From Candidatus Baldrarchaeota archaeon (GTDB lineage Archaea; Asgardarchaeota; Baldrarchaeia; Baldrarchaeales; DXJG01), in assembly GCA_019056805.1 (NCBI GenBank), contig DXJG01000014.1:1-27913 (forward strand): a DNA stretch of 27,913 nucleotides, in the 5' to 3' direction. The notes below the pieces were generated by a model, which saw only the letters and a list, made by a program, of their open reading frames with translations, did no database searches and was not told the origin of the DNA. The number at the start of each line of letters is the position of its first letter. Position 1 is the first letter of the stretch. This document shows, one piece after another, positions 16,242 to 25,736 of this stretch. The translations under genes and the position numbers were made by a program.

Positions 16242-16898
16242 TTGCATATTCCTGATGGATATCTAGACCCGTGGGTTCTGGCGATTTTCTTTATCTTAAC
16301 GGCAATTATGTGGTTTTTAGCATTTAGAAAGGCAAATAAAGTAATAGAAGACAAACATATCCCATTGTTCGCTGTGTTGACCGCAGCGGTCTTTGCTGCG
16401 CAAATGATAAATTGGCCAATAGGACCAGGAGGAACAACCGCACATTTAGTTGGAGGAGCATTAGTTGCAATTTTCCTAGGAGCATACGGCGGACTTATCT
16501 CAATGACAGTTATACTTTTAATACAAGCGCTTCTCTTCGGTGACGGTGGAATAACTGCCCTTGGCGCAAATATTTGGAACATGGGAGTTGTTGAATGCTT
16601 TGTCGGCTATTATCTCTATAAAACAATTAGCAAAGCTCTAGGCGATACATCACGAGGAAAAATTGTAGGCGCATTTTTCGGAGGATGGATAGGAATAACA
16701 CTTGCAGCATTCTTCTGCGGATTACAAATAGGAATCTCAACAATATTTCCCTATGACATTGCTGTTTCAGTCCCAGTTATGACCATATATCACGGCCTCC
16801 TAGGAACCATAGAGGGACTTATCACAGCATTCGTAGTCGGCTATACCCTTAAGGTGAGACCTGACCTCTTGGAATTACCGAAAATAGATCCTCTGTGA
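16242..16898 (+). CDS. nikM: Ni/Co ECF transporter S component (NikM/CbiM)
   Basis: N-terminal metal-binding MHIPDGYL (Nik-type; CbiM usually has MHIMEG), plus AQMINWPIG, TTAHLVGG, QALLFGDGGITALGAN, H..LGTIEGLIT. Confidence 0.88.
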   Translation: MHIPDGYLDPWVLAIFFILTAIMWFLAFRKANKVIEDKHIPLFAVLTAAVFAAQMINWPIGPGGTTAHLVGGALVAIFLGAYGGLISMTVILLIQALLFGDGGITALGANIWNMGVVECFVGYYLYKTISKALGDTSRGKIVGAFFGGWIGITLAAFFCGLQIGISTIFPYDIAVSVPVMTIYHGLLGTIEGLITAFVVGYTLKVRPDLLELPKIDPL

Positions 16899-16909
16899 GG
16901 TGAAACAAA

Positions 16910-17209
16910 ATGAGCGTATTCGTCGAATATATTAAAAGTCGTTGGGTTCTTCTTAGCATAATCGTCATGATAGTAATTGTACTTATAAGCCCTCTATTCG
17001 GATATGCTTATGAACCCATGGACTACGTTGTTGAACAGTTTCATGCCGTTGAACAACAGATTTATGAAGCTCCAATGCCAGATTACATTATTCCTGTACT
17101 CGGAGAAACAGCGATCAGTGGTATACTGGCGGGTCTTATTGGTCTCTTTATTACATTGTTTGTCTGTCTTGCACTAGGCTATGTGCTAAGGGCTCGTAGA
17201 AAAGAATAA
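16910..17209 (+). CDS. nikN: NikN-like / PDGLE-domain auxiliary membrane subunit
   Basis: Two TM helices flanking APMPDYIIP; located between the M and Q genes. Confidence 0.75.
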   Translation: MSVFVEYIKSRWVLLSIIVMIVIVLISPLFGYAYEPMDYVVEQFHAVEQQIYEAPMPDYIIPVLGETAISGILAGLIGLFITLFVCLALGYVLRARRKE

Positions 17210-17242
17210 CCTTATTATTCCTTTATTCTTTCATTATTTTAT

Positions 17243-18106
17243 TTGGTGGCTGAGATTCAAATGCGTAGAATGATAGAAGCATCAACTAAGGAAATTTTGA
17301 AGATATTTAGAGATACTGTGCTATGTGAAAGATATACAAATATTGAGGGCCTTTTTCAAAGATTGGATCCTCGCGTAAAATTTCTTGCAACTATTGCTCT
17401 TATAATAACGGCTGTAGCGTCCGGAAAAATTATAATTCAGCTTGCAATATTGGTATTGACTTTTTTGTTAGCTCTAATTTCTAGAATAAGTTTCAAGTTT
17501 TTCATTGTGAGAACTTTCTTGTTTATACCACTATTTGCTGTAGTAATAGCTCTTCCCTTGCCTTTCATAATAAGTGGCGAAATTGTTGCATCATTTAAAA
17601 TTAATGGTATGTTAATTATGGTTAGTAGGGAAGGCTTATGGGAGATGTTAATTTTTGTGTTGAGAGTATGGGCATGTGTTTCTCTCTCCATCCTTCTTAT
17701 ACTTACAACTAAATGGAATAGTTTATTACATGGATTATCAAAACTTCATGCTCCTCGTCTTCTCATTGTAATTTTAAACATGACATATCGCTACATCTAC
17801 TTTTTCACAGATATGTTGTATAAAATGCTTATAGCAAGGGAAAGCAGGTTAACAGGTCCCGTAGGTACGCTTGAAGCCATAAAGGGGGGAGCTTCAGCTT
17901 TAGGCTCGCTTTTTATAAGGGCTTATGAAAAGGGTGAAAAAATATATTTAGCAATGAAATCACGTGGATATAACGGAGAAATGAAAACAATGGATGACCT
18001 TAAAATTCATAAACTTGACATTATATTCTCCGTACTTGTCGGCGCAATCATAGTCATGATGTTGGTTATGCAGATGTTTCATGAATTTCCCTTTCCTGTG
18101 TTTTAG
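17243..18106 (+). CDS. nikQ: Ni/Co ECF transporter T component (NikQ/CbiQ)
   Basis: Motifs LFQRLDPRVK, TYRYI, ARESR, LFIRAYEKGEKIYLAMKSRGY. Confidence 0.88.
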   Translation: MVAEIQMRRMIEASTKEILKIFRDTVLCERYTNIEGLFQRLDPRVKFLATIALIITAVASGKIIIQLAILVLTFLLALISRISFKFFIVRTFLFIPLFAVVIALPLPFIISGEIVASFKINGMLIMVSREGLWEMLIFVLRVWACVSLSILLILTTKWNSLLHGLSKLHAPRLLIVILNMTYRYIYFFTDMLYKMLIARESRLTGPVGTLEAIKGGASALGSLFIRAYEKGEKIYLAMKSRGYNGEMKTMDDLKIHKLDIIFSVLVGAIIVMMLVMQMFHEFPFPVF

Positions 18107-18109
18107 AGG

Positions 18110-19003
18110 ATGATAAAAGTGCGGCACACGGTATTTGAACTTGAAAACATAACACACATTTATCCGGATGGAACATTGGCGCTCCAAGACGTTTCTCTCA
18201 AAGTTTACGAAAAAGAGAAAGTCGCTGTTTTAGGTCCTAATGGTGCTGGAAAATCTACACTTCTCATGATAATGGATGGACTTATTAAACCAACTAAGGG
18301 TACTGTTCGATTTCTTGGTGAAGAAGTTAAGTTTAATGATGATAAGTTTCTTTATGAGATGAGGAAAAAGGTTGGACTTGTTTTTCAGGATTCTGATGCT
18401 GCTCTTTTTTCCTCAACCATATGGGAAGATGTAATTTTTGGTCCACTTCATATGGGGCTTCCAAAAGAAGAGGTTATTAGGAGAGGTGAAGCTGCTCTAC
18501 AACTTTTGGGAATAGAGCATTTAAAAGATAAGCCTCCGTTTCAGTTAAGTGAGGGGGAGAAGAGAAAAGCTGTAATAGCCTCGGTTTTGTCAATAAATCC
18601 TGAGATTCTTTTACTTGATGAGCCTCTCATTAATCTTGATGCAGCAACTCAAACGATGATCGTAAATCTTCTGGAATCGATGCACAAAGAAGGAAAAACC
18701 ATTGTTACAGCGACTCATGACATAAATGTTGTGCCTTTGATCGCGGATAGAATTATTGTACTTAATAAGACGGTTATTGGCGAAGGCAGTATTGAGGAAG
18801 TGTTTTCTAATGTCGATTTAATGAAGAAAGCAAATCTACATCCACCAGTTATTACCGAACTATTTGTTAAACTTAAAGAATACGGAATCTCAGAACCTTC
18901 TACAAAAATTCCACTAACTGTTAATGAAGCCATCAACTATATACTAAAATTACTAAATGGAACCAGCAAAAATGTCAAAAATGGGAAAAAAGAGCAAACA
19001 TAA
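18110..19003 (+). CDS. nikO: Ni/Co ECF transporter ATPase (NikO/CbiO)
   Basis: Walker A GPNGAGKST, Q-loop VFQD, signature LSEGEKRK, Walker B LLLDEP, H-loop ATHD. Confidence 0.92.
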   Translation: MIKVRHTVFELENITHIYPDGTLALQDVSLKVYEKEKVAVLGPNGAGKSTLLMIMDGLIKPTKGTVRFLGEEVKFNDDKFLYEMRKKVGLVFQDSDAALFSSTIWEDVIFGPLHMGLPKEEVIRRGEAALQLLGIEHLKDKPPFQLSEGEKRKAVIASVLSINPEILLLDEPLINLDAATQTMIVNLLESMHKEGKTIVTATHDINVVPLIADRIIVLNKTVIGEGSIEEVFSNVDLMKKANLHPPVITELFVKLKEYGISEPSTKIPLTVNEAINYILKLLNGTSKNVKNGKKEQT

Positions 19004-19024
19004 GAGATTGTTAAACTAAATTTG

Positions 19025-19795
19025 TTAAGTTTTCTTTCGCCAGTAGGCCCAAGCTCTACCGAGATAAAAACCGGATGGACCAAACATCGTTCTTGGTTTG
19101 CAAATTATTTCTCGAATTTCAAGGCCAATTTGAGGATCAAAGAGAGAATCTGAATACGAAGGTTTAACTACAATTGCTGTATCTAGTCCTCTTTCTGTTC
19201 CACCCATAGAAACAACTTCCTTATCAATTGGAATCACACCTGCATCCGCGGCGGTTACAGCTGAAAGAACAGAAACTTTTAGCCCAGGACAAAATGGATA
19301 AAAGGTTTCATTCATAACGATTTTTGGAGAACTAACTCCAAGATCATGTTCCATTGAACATTCAATATCAGCACCCATATCTGTAGCTGTAACTATGGTT
19401 ACACCAAGTTCTTCAAGTTTCTTTTTCATAGGTCTTCCAGGAAGAAATGGTACTTTCTTTAATCCTTCTTTTTTCCATTTTCTTATTTCTTCCGCCATTT
19501 CTGGAATATCAATCCAGTAACGAGAAGATTCCTTCTCAAGTTTTTTAGAAAGCTTTTCAACATCGTAATAACCGCCAGCCCTAAAAGTAACACAAATGAT
19601 CTTAAAGTTTTTATCTTTTGCAGCTTCAGCGGTCTTTAAAGCACTCCTACCCGTAAGAGATGAAACAACAATATGTTCAATGTTTAATTCTTCGACTCTT
19701 TCTAAGGCAAGTTTTATGGTCATATCAGTATTAACCAGCCCTGGACGCTCAAAATAAAAAATCTTTCTCTCAATTACAGACATTATCACCACCAA
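19025..19795 (-). CDS. Pyruvate kinase C-terminal-like alpha/beta protein (MTH1675-like family)
   Basis: Motifs YFERPGLVNT, HIVVSSLTGRSA, VCVT-like ICVTF, GLKV...AADAG, GG...GLDTAIVVKP, EIICKPR. Confidence 0.8.
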   Translation of the reverse strand: MVVIMSVIERKIFYFERPGLVNTDMTIKLALERVEELNIEHIVVSSLTGRSALKTAEAAKDKNFKIICVTFRAGGYYDVEKLSKKLEKESSRYWIDIPEMAEEIRKWKKEGLKKVPFLPGRPMKKKLEELGVTIVTATDMGADIECSMEHDLGVSSPKIVMNETFYPFCPGLKVSVLSAVTAADAGVIPIDKEVVSMGGTERGLDTAIVVKPSYSDSLFDPQIGLEIREIICKPRTMFGPSGFYLGRAWAYWRKKT

Positions 19796-20100
19796 ATAAG
19801 GGTTTCAGCTATGTTAATAAATCTGTTATGATAAATAAAATTTTACTCAATAATTAGGTAGATATTACATAGTTATAAATCATTTAAGCCAAGCAACTTG
19901 CCAAATAAAATGTGGAAAAGTCATTCATTAAAATTCAATACTCTGACAAAAGGCTCTTCTACCCAACTTTATTACACAGAAAATTCCGGAAAAATTATAT
20001 ATCTGTAACTACGCTACAAAATATGTACACATTTAACACATACTGGATGATGTCTTCCTCATAGCGTAAGATATAAGGCGCTACAATATATACAACAAAA

Positions 20101-21396
20101 ATGAGGGGAGTGAAACATATGAAGAAAACAATTTCAGCTTGTCTTATACTAATATTCATAGGTGCCATGCTTATTCTACCAACATCTGCAACAGCCTTTA
20201 CAACCCCGACGACCATGACAAGAAGCTTAGTAAGCAGTAATTTCTATGTTGAAGCAACACAAAAAGATCCGTTTGCTGACATCACTGACATTACTCCCTT
20301 TCCCGAAAAACAATGGACTTTCATGGTATATATGGCTGCTGATAACAACCTGGACCCTGCCGCTCTTGATGATATAAACGAAATGGAAATGGCAGGATCA
20401 ACCGGAGATGTTAATATTATTGTTTTGCTTGATCGCTGGGACGAAAAAGCGCCGTCAGGGACATGGGTCTATTACATACAACCCGACACAGATCCAGATG
20501 ATATAAATTCTGAACTAATTGGAGAGTTGGACGAAATAAATATGGGTGATCCATTTATATTACAATGTTTTGTTCGATTTGTGACTACGTATTTTCCAGC
20601 GGAGAATTATGGTTTGGTGTTGTGGGATCATGGACATGGTTGGTTTGGAGTTTGCTGGGACTGGACAGATGGAGACTACTTGGATATAGATGAAATTCAA
20701 TGGGCACTGACTGATTTGCCAAAGTTGGCTCTTATTGGTTTTGATGCTTGCTTGATGTCAATGATAGAAGTGGCTTACGATTTTGTTGATCTAGCCGATG
20801 TTATGGTTGCTTCAGAGGAATATGAGCCATGGGATGGCTGGCCTTATGATATGTTTTTAGTGGACTTAGTGAATAATCCATGGTGGACGGCGAAGGAGTT
20901 AGCAAGGGAGATAGTTGATGATTATATAGAGTCGTATAGTACGGATGGTTTTCTACGTGCCTTTGTAACGATGGCAGCCATTGATCTTAAAGAGTTACCC
21001 ACGCTGGTAGAGTTGATCGATGAGCTTGCAGTGTTCTTAATAGATCATTTATCCGAATATTATGGTGTAATTACGAAGGCTAAGAACTCTGCGGATAGAT
21101 ATCCGTTCGGCTTCGCGCCCAGAGGTTCTTTCATTGACCTATATCACTTTGTCAGTTTACTAGAAACGGATAATGGAAACTTAAAACTCCTAGTCGAGAA
21201 AATCTTGAATACATGGGAAGATGTTGTGATTGCTACCAAGTCTTATAATAAGATGCATAAACATGCTCTAGGCTTAACCATATATTTCCCAGTAAATGCT
21301 AAGCTTGGATACTACCCAGAAAAGTATTCAACAGCGGGACTCGACTTCGTGGAAGAAACATACTGGAATGAATTTCTAGCTGCGTACTTTGGTTAA
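20101..21396 (+). CDS. Secreted clostripain-family (C11) cysteine peptidase
   Basis: Signal peptide MKKTISACLILIFIGAMLILPTSATA (likely start ATG 20119), WTFMVYMAADNNL, catalytic WDHG and FDACLM. Confidence 0.88.
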   Translation: MRGVKHMKKTISACLILIFIGAMLILPTSATAFTTPTTMTRSLVSSNFYVEATQKDPFADITDITPFPEKQWTFMVYMAADNNLDPAALDDINEMEMAGSTGDVNIIVLLDRWDEKAPSGTWVYYIQPDTDPDDINSELIGELDEINMGDPFILQCFVRFVTTYFPAENYGLVLWDHGHGWFGVCWDWTDGDYLDIDEIQWALTDLPKLALIGFDACLMSMIEVAYDFVDLADVMVASEEYEPWDGWPYDMFLVDLVNNPWWTAKELAREIVDDYIESYSTDGFLRAFVTMAAIDLKELPTLVELIDELAVFLIDHLSEYYGVITKAKNSADRYPFGFAPRGSFIDLYHFVSLLETDNGNLKLLVEKILNTWEDVVIATKSYNKMHKHALGLTIYFPVNAKLGYYPEKYSTAGLDFVEETYWNEFLAAYFG

Positions 21397-21501
21397 AAAT
21401 GGCAACAATCCACCTATAACATTAAACCACCTTATTTTTTACATTTTAGAGATGTTAAATTAAAAATAGTTGAAATAAGTGACAATTATGGTTAAAATTG
21501 A

Positions 21502-22290
21502 TTAGTTAGTTTTTGTTTTTCTAAATTTGGCTGCTCTGTTTGCGATTAGTGCTGCGATTGCTCCCGCTGCAACTCCGCCATCGATGTTGACTACTGCTAG
21601 TCCGAGGGAGCATGCTTGAAGCATCGCTGTTAGCGCGCTAATTCCCTTTTCGCCTAGACCATAGCCAATTGATGTTGGAACACCTATTACTGGAATATCG
21701 ACCATGCCTGCTACCACAGATGGTAGTGCTCCTTCTCTTCCAGCAACAACTATTAGGACGTCAACATCTTTTTCTATGAGTTCTTTTAGGGAAGGGAATA
21801 GTCTGTGGATTCCAGCTACACCTACGTCATAGGCGGTGATTACTTCGCATCCCATTTCTTCAGCTATTATTCTAGCTTCCTCAGCAACAGGAATATCCGA
21901 AGTACCAGCTGTAATTATACCAACCTTTCCCCCAGTTTTATTAACTGTGAAGCCTTCTTTCTTGACTACAATCATTCTTGCTTTTTTATTTAATTGTACA
22001 CTTGTGTTACTTGAAATTATTTTATTAATAGCTTCTACATGCTTGTTTTCTATTCGGCTAATGATAGCTCGTCCACTTCTTTCTAAAGCTTTTATCACTA
22101 TTTTTGCAAGATCCTCAGAATCTTTTCCTTCAGCTAATATTACCTCTGGAACACCTGCCCTCATATGTCTTTTTACATCTAGTTTAGCTATTGTTTCAAC
22201 TTCTTCGATAGCAGCGATTTTTAAGAGTTTTTCCGCCTCTTCTACTGAAATTTCACCTTTTACGAGTCGCTCTAATATTTCTCTTATCAT
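21502..22290 (-). CDS. larB: Nickel-pincer cofactor biosynthesis protein LarB (PurE-like carboxylase/hydrolase)
   Basis: Motifs GVPEVILAEGK, TAGTSDIPVAEEA, DVGVAGIHRL, AGREGALPSVVAG, PTSIGYG, CSLGLAVVNIDGG. Confidence 0.93.
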   Translation of the reverse strand: MIREILERLVKGEISVEEAEKLLKIAAIEEVETIAKLDVKRHMRAGVPEVILAEGKDSEDLAKIVIKALERSGRAIISRIENKHVEAINKIISSNTSVQLNKKARMIVVKKEGFTVNKTGGKVGIITAGTSDIPVAEEARIIAEEMGCEVITAYDVGVAGIHRLFPSLKELIEKDVDVLIVVAGREGALPSVVAGMVDIPVIGVPTSIGYGLGEKGISALTAMLQACSLGLAVVNIDGGVAAGAIAALIANRAAKFRKTKTN

Positions 22291-22356
22291 ATGAATCCTC
22301 CACTACTATCTGTTCAATTTATAACTTGTCAGATAATTAAGTAATTTAGGTGTATT

Positions 22357-23613
22357 ATGATGATTAAGCGTATCGTTGTTATCGACTGTCAAATGGCTGG
22401 AATATCAGGTAATATGCTTCTAGCTGCTTTAATAAGTTTAGGTGCAAATTTCAACAATATCTCTAAGGTAGCAGTTTCCGTTAAAAAACACCTTGAAGGC
22501 TGTGAAGATGTAATTTTGGATTTGAAAGATGTTGTTTGTGGAGGAATTCAAGCTAAAAGAATAGAGGTTAATGTGAAGGAAAGTTTTGATAAAAGGAGTG
22601 GCAAACAACTTAGAGATACTCTAATTCAATGCTTAAAAGATTTGAAACTTTCATTGGAGGCTCAAAGGTTTGCTTTAGCCTCTTTGGACACATTGCTTGA
22701 GACAGAAGCCAAAGTTCACAAGAAGCTTGTTGAAGATGTACATTTGCATGAGTTGGGCTCTGCTGACACTCTGATCGATATTTTGGGTGTTGCAATGGCT
22801 ATTGAAGAATTAGGATTCTTTAAAGATACTTTAATATATTCAACTCCTGTATCTATTGGCGGGGGTATCTTTAAGTTTTCTCATGGTACTTTTTCTAGTC
22901 CTGCCCCAGTTACCTTAGAAATTTTAAGGTCAAAAGGCTTTGCAATGGTTGGTGGGCCTGTGGAGGCTGAACTTGCAACTCCTACTGGGGTCGCTTTGCT
23001 TGTTAATTTGGTTCATGAGGTTGTTCGTTTTTATCCATCTATGATACCTGTTGTTGTAGGTTATGGTGCAGGGTCTAAAAATTTCAAAGATGTGCCAAAT
23101 GTTTTGAGGATTGTTGTTGGTGAGCCTTTGGATTATGGTCTTTTAAGAGATGAAGTATGTGTTCTTGAAACTAATCTTGATGATGTAGCTGGTGAGGTTA
23201 TTGGTCATACTATGGATAGATTGTTGAGTGAAGGTGTTAGGGATGTTAGTGTTATTCCGATGTTTACGAAGAAAAACCGTCCTGGATATATTGTGAAGGT
23301 AATTGTTGATCGTGAAGATGTTGAAAGAATATCGCGGATTTTAATGGAGGAAACAGGTACGCTTGGTGTTAGAATTATTCCATGTAATAGACATATTTTA
23401 GCGCGAGAAATGATTTCTATTGAAATAGATACAAGACTAGGTAAGGAAACAGTTAGATTAAAAGTTGCTAAAGATAATAAAGGTAAAATTCTTCATGTGA
23501 AACCTGAATACGATGATGTTAAAAGGTTGGCTGAAAAACTTAACAAGTCCCTCAAAGAAGTAGTAAAACTAATTATTAAAAATATTAATTCTATTAAGAA
23601 TAGGTTCGACTAA
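22357..23613 (+). CDS. larC: Nickel-pincer cofactor nickel insertase LarC
   Basis: Motifs DCQMAGISGNM, VHLHELGSADTLIDI, PAPVT, ELATPTG, GYGAG, ETNLDD, KKNRPG, ETGTLGVR, KPEYDD. Single continuous frame. Confidence 0.93.
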   Translation: MMIKRIVVIDCQMAGISGNMLLAALISLGANFNNISKVAVSVKKHLEGCEDVILDLKDVVCGGIQAKRIEVNVKESFDKRSGKQLRDTLIQCLKDLKLSLEAQRFALASLDTLLETEAKVHKKLVEDVHLHELGSADTLIDILGVAMAIEELGFFKDTLIYSTPVSIGGGIFKFSHGTFSSPAPVTLEILRSKGFAMVGGPVEAELATPTGVALLVNLVHEVVRFYPSMIPVVVGYGAGSKNFKDVPNVLRIVVGEPLDYGLLRDEVCVLETNLDDVAGEVIGHTMDRLLSEGVRDVSVIPMFTKKNRPGYIVKVIVDREDVERISRILMEETGTLGVRIIPCNRHILAREMISIEIDTRLGKETVRLKVAKDNKGKILHVKPEYDDVKRLAEKLNKSLKEVVKLIIKNINSIKNRFD

Positions 23614-23922
23614 CCTTTCAAAACAACTTTCTTTTGCAATATCTAGCTGATAAGCCTTGGAAACAATAATGACATGTATAAAATGGGAAAGAAAAGGTAA
23701 AATTTTAAATTTCTAAGTTTTCAATAATTTAGCAGGAGAAATGAGCTAGAATGGAAAACTTAAAGAATCTTAGTAAGTTTATTTTAATTTTATGTCCACC
23801 ACTAGCCATAGGATCCCGCAAACAATCACGCATAAGTTACAGTTCGTAGAATAAGCGGTTACTTACAATATCATCATATTTTTCAAGAAACTTTTTTAAT
23901 TTCTGAAAAGATTCTTTAAAGT

Positions 23923-24012
23923 ATGAGTAAAGTTTTAGAAACTGTTAAACTTGTTATTGAAAGGTCTCAGCATGTAAAGATAAACAAAGAGAATATTAAT
24001 ATTGGACCTTAA
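23923..24012 (+). pseudogene. Possible 5' remnant of a queuosine-salvage (DUF2419/QNG1-like) gene
   Basis: MSKVLETVKLVIERSQHVKINKENI resembles the N-terminus of that family as recalled from memory. The ORF stops after 29 codons. Confidence 0.3.
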
Positions 24013-24155
24013 AATAATCTATATTTGAGAGAATGGAGTGTAGAATTGTTTAAAGGTTTATGAATATTTTTATTTATCTTGTTAAAGTCTATTGTCTTTC
24101 CATACGTTAGCAGCTAAAGTTCCCATTAGGATGTTATGTTCGAGGTTGGTTAGTA

Positions 24156-24554
24156 ATGAGTCGCTTTAAAGAAGTTGAATTACTTAAGAAACGATCAAAA
24201 ATAATGCTTGAGGACTCTAAGGAAGAATTATCTAAAGGTCATTACGATTTAGCAGTATTCCTAGCAGAACAGGCAGTTCAGTTATATTTGAAAGCAGTTA
24301 TATTAAATGCAACTGGGACAATGTCTAGAACTCATACTATACGAGATTTAATGGGTGCCTTAAGGGTTATTTATCCACAAAAAGTTGATGACATTGATAG
24401 TTTTGTTAAGCAAAATCGTAGTCTCTTTATTAGATTAGAGGATGCATATATATCCTCTAGATACCTCTTTAAGGAATATGAGAAAGAGGAAGCAGAGGAA
24501 CTTGTTACTTTTGCTCATAAGGTGATAAAATTTGTTGGAGATATTGAAATATAG
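24156..24554 (+). CDS. HEPN domain protein of a HEPN-MNT module
   Basis: Motifs YDLAVFLAEQAVQLYLKA, RTH, LEDAYISSRY; overlaps the downstream MNT gene. Confidence 0.88.
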   Translation: MSRFKEVELLKKRSKIMLEDSKEELSKGHYDLAVFLAEQAVQLYLKAVILNATGTMSRTHTIRDLMGALRVIYPQKVDDIDSFVKQNRSLFIRLEDAYISSRYLFKEYEKEEAEELVTFAHKVIKFVGDIEI

Positions 24555-24876
24555 AATGAAGCTTATGAAGCTTCTTAATGAATGGGTAAAATGGAGTAAA
24601 AGGATAGCAGATGCATCAAAGGAAATATTAGGGGAATGTAAAGTCTTCGTATTTGGTAGTGTTGTCGAGGAGAAAGCTGTGGGTGGAAGCGATGTAGACA
24701 TCTTAATTGTTTATAACAAACTTCCAGAAAGCAAGAGGGAAAGAGCTGAGATTATAGCAAAAATCGAGGAAGAAGCAGAACTACCACTCTATCATCCATT
24801 CGAGATACATCTGGTTAATGAAGAAGAAGCAAAATGGTACTTTAGACATATTAATAAATTTGTCCGAATCTTATAG
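24532..24876 (+). CDS. Minimal nucleotidyltransferase (MNT) of the HEPN-MNT module
   Basis: VFVFGSVV...GSDVDILIV (GS and DxD) and PFEIHLV; 114 aa. Confidence 0.88.
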   Translation: MLEILKYRMKLMKLLNEWVKWSKRIADASKEILGECKVFVFGSVVEEKAVGGSDVDILIVYNKLPESKRERAEIIAKIEEEAELPLYHPFEIHLVNEEEAKWYFRHINKFVRIL

Positions 24877-25020
24877 CAAAATGGGAAAACTGAAAGAGTT
24901 GTTTATAAAGATGGTTTGATTGAAGAGGAAAATAGTAAATTCTCTTAATGATGTGTTAAAAGCGAGTTTAATCATATATTGGAAATGTTCATAGATTTTG
25001 AGATATTTTGATAAATTTAT

Positions 25021-25212
25021 TTAATATCCTTTATGTTTCCTTATGAGTACTATGATGATGAGAACTATTGCTACAGCCATAGCTGAAAAAACCATTCTCC
25101 ATATAAATTCTTCAACACTCAATGTTTCTCCACCTATTCCTCCAATTTTTCCTACATGCCTTTCCCTGCTTATTCGGTAACTTTTCTTCAGCTTCTTGAG
25201 AATTTTCTTCAT
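25021..25212 (-). CDS. Small single-TM membrane protein (63 aa)
   Basis: Basic N-terminus, TM segment MVFSAMAVAIVLIIIVLI, basic tail RKHKGY. Confidence 0.55.
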   Translation of the reverse strand: MKKILKKLKKSYRISRERHVGKIGGIGGETLSVEEFIWRMVFSAMAVAIVLIIIVLIRKHKGY

Positions 25213-25420
25213 AATTATCTCTTAATTTTGGAAGAACTAAGCTCGGAAAGTGATAGCTTTCATTCTAATTGTTTAATAGTGTGATAGCAATATCATATTT
25301 AATTTTTACATACTTACCATATTAGATGCGTGAGTAAACGAAAGAAGGAGGTAGTAATTGAAATTAAAAATCGATACAAATATATTAAAATAAAGTGATA
25401 GGAACGGGAATATATCTGTG

Positions 25421-25620
25421 TTAGTGTTTTTTAAGTTTCACTCTGATTAGTGCGACGACGATTACAATAGCAGCGACTACAGGTGTTATTTTAATATAAG
25501 ATAGGTGGTTCCTGCAACCCATAATCTCGGGTTTCTTTCAAAATTGTAGAATCTTCGGTTCCATTTTGAAGTTTTGAAGGAGCCCTTTGACGAATCTCTG
25601 GATGTATCTGAACTTTCCGA
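25421..25620 (-). pseudogene. Decayed gene or 33-aa mini-ORF ending in a TM anchor
   Basis: One frame reads ...MEPKILQF*KKPEIMGCRNHLSYIKITPVVAAIVIVVALIRVKLKKH*, with more stops further upstream. Confidence 0.3.
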
Positions 25621-25736
25621 ATCAGAAAGCCTATTATGGTAGCATGTTTCATTTAAAGTAAATTTTAAATGGGACAATTGTAACCAGTTGCAATCCATAC
25701 ATTTTAATTAGGAAAAACAACAAAATTTATGCATCA

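Noticed and set aside
20012-20096. Short direct repeat CGCTACAA..TAT.TACA upstream of the clostripain gene
   Set aside because: Only 8 bp are exact; insufficient support.
24880-24950. Fragment KTERVVYKDG resembling a small antitoxin N-terminus
   Set aside because: Too short and has no start; not supportable.
1410-25410. Shared 11-mer TAGGAACGGGA near 1410 and near 25400
   Set aside because: 11-mer matches are expected many times by chance across 28 kb.
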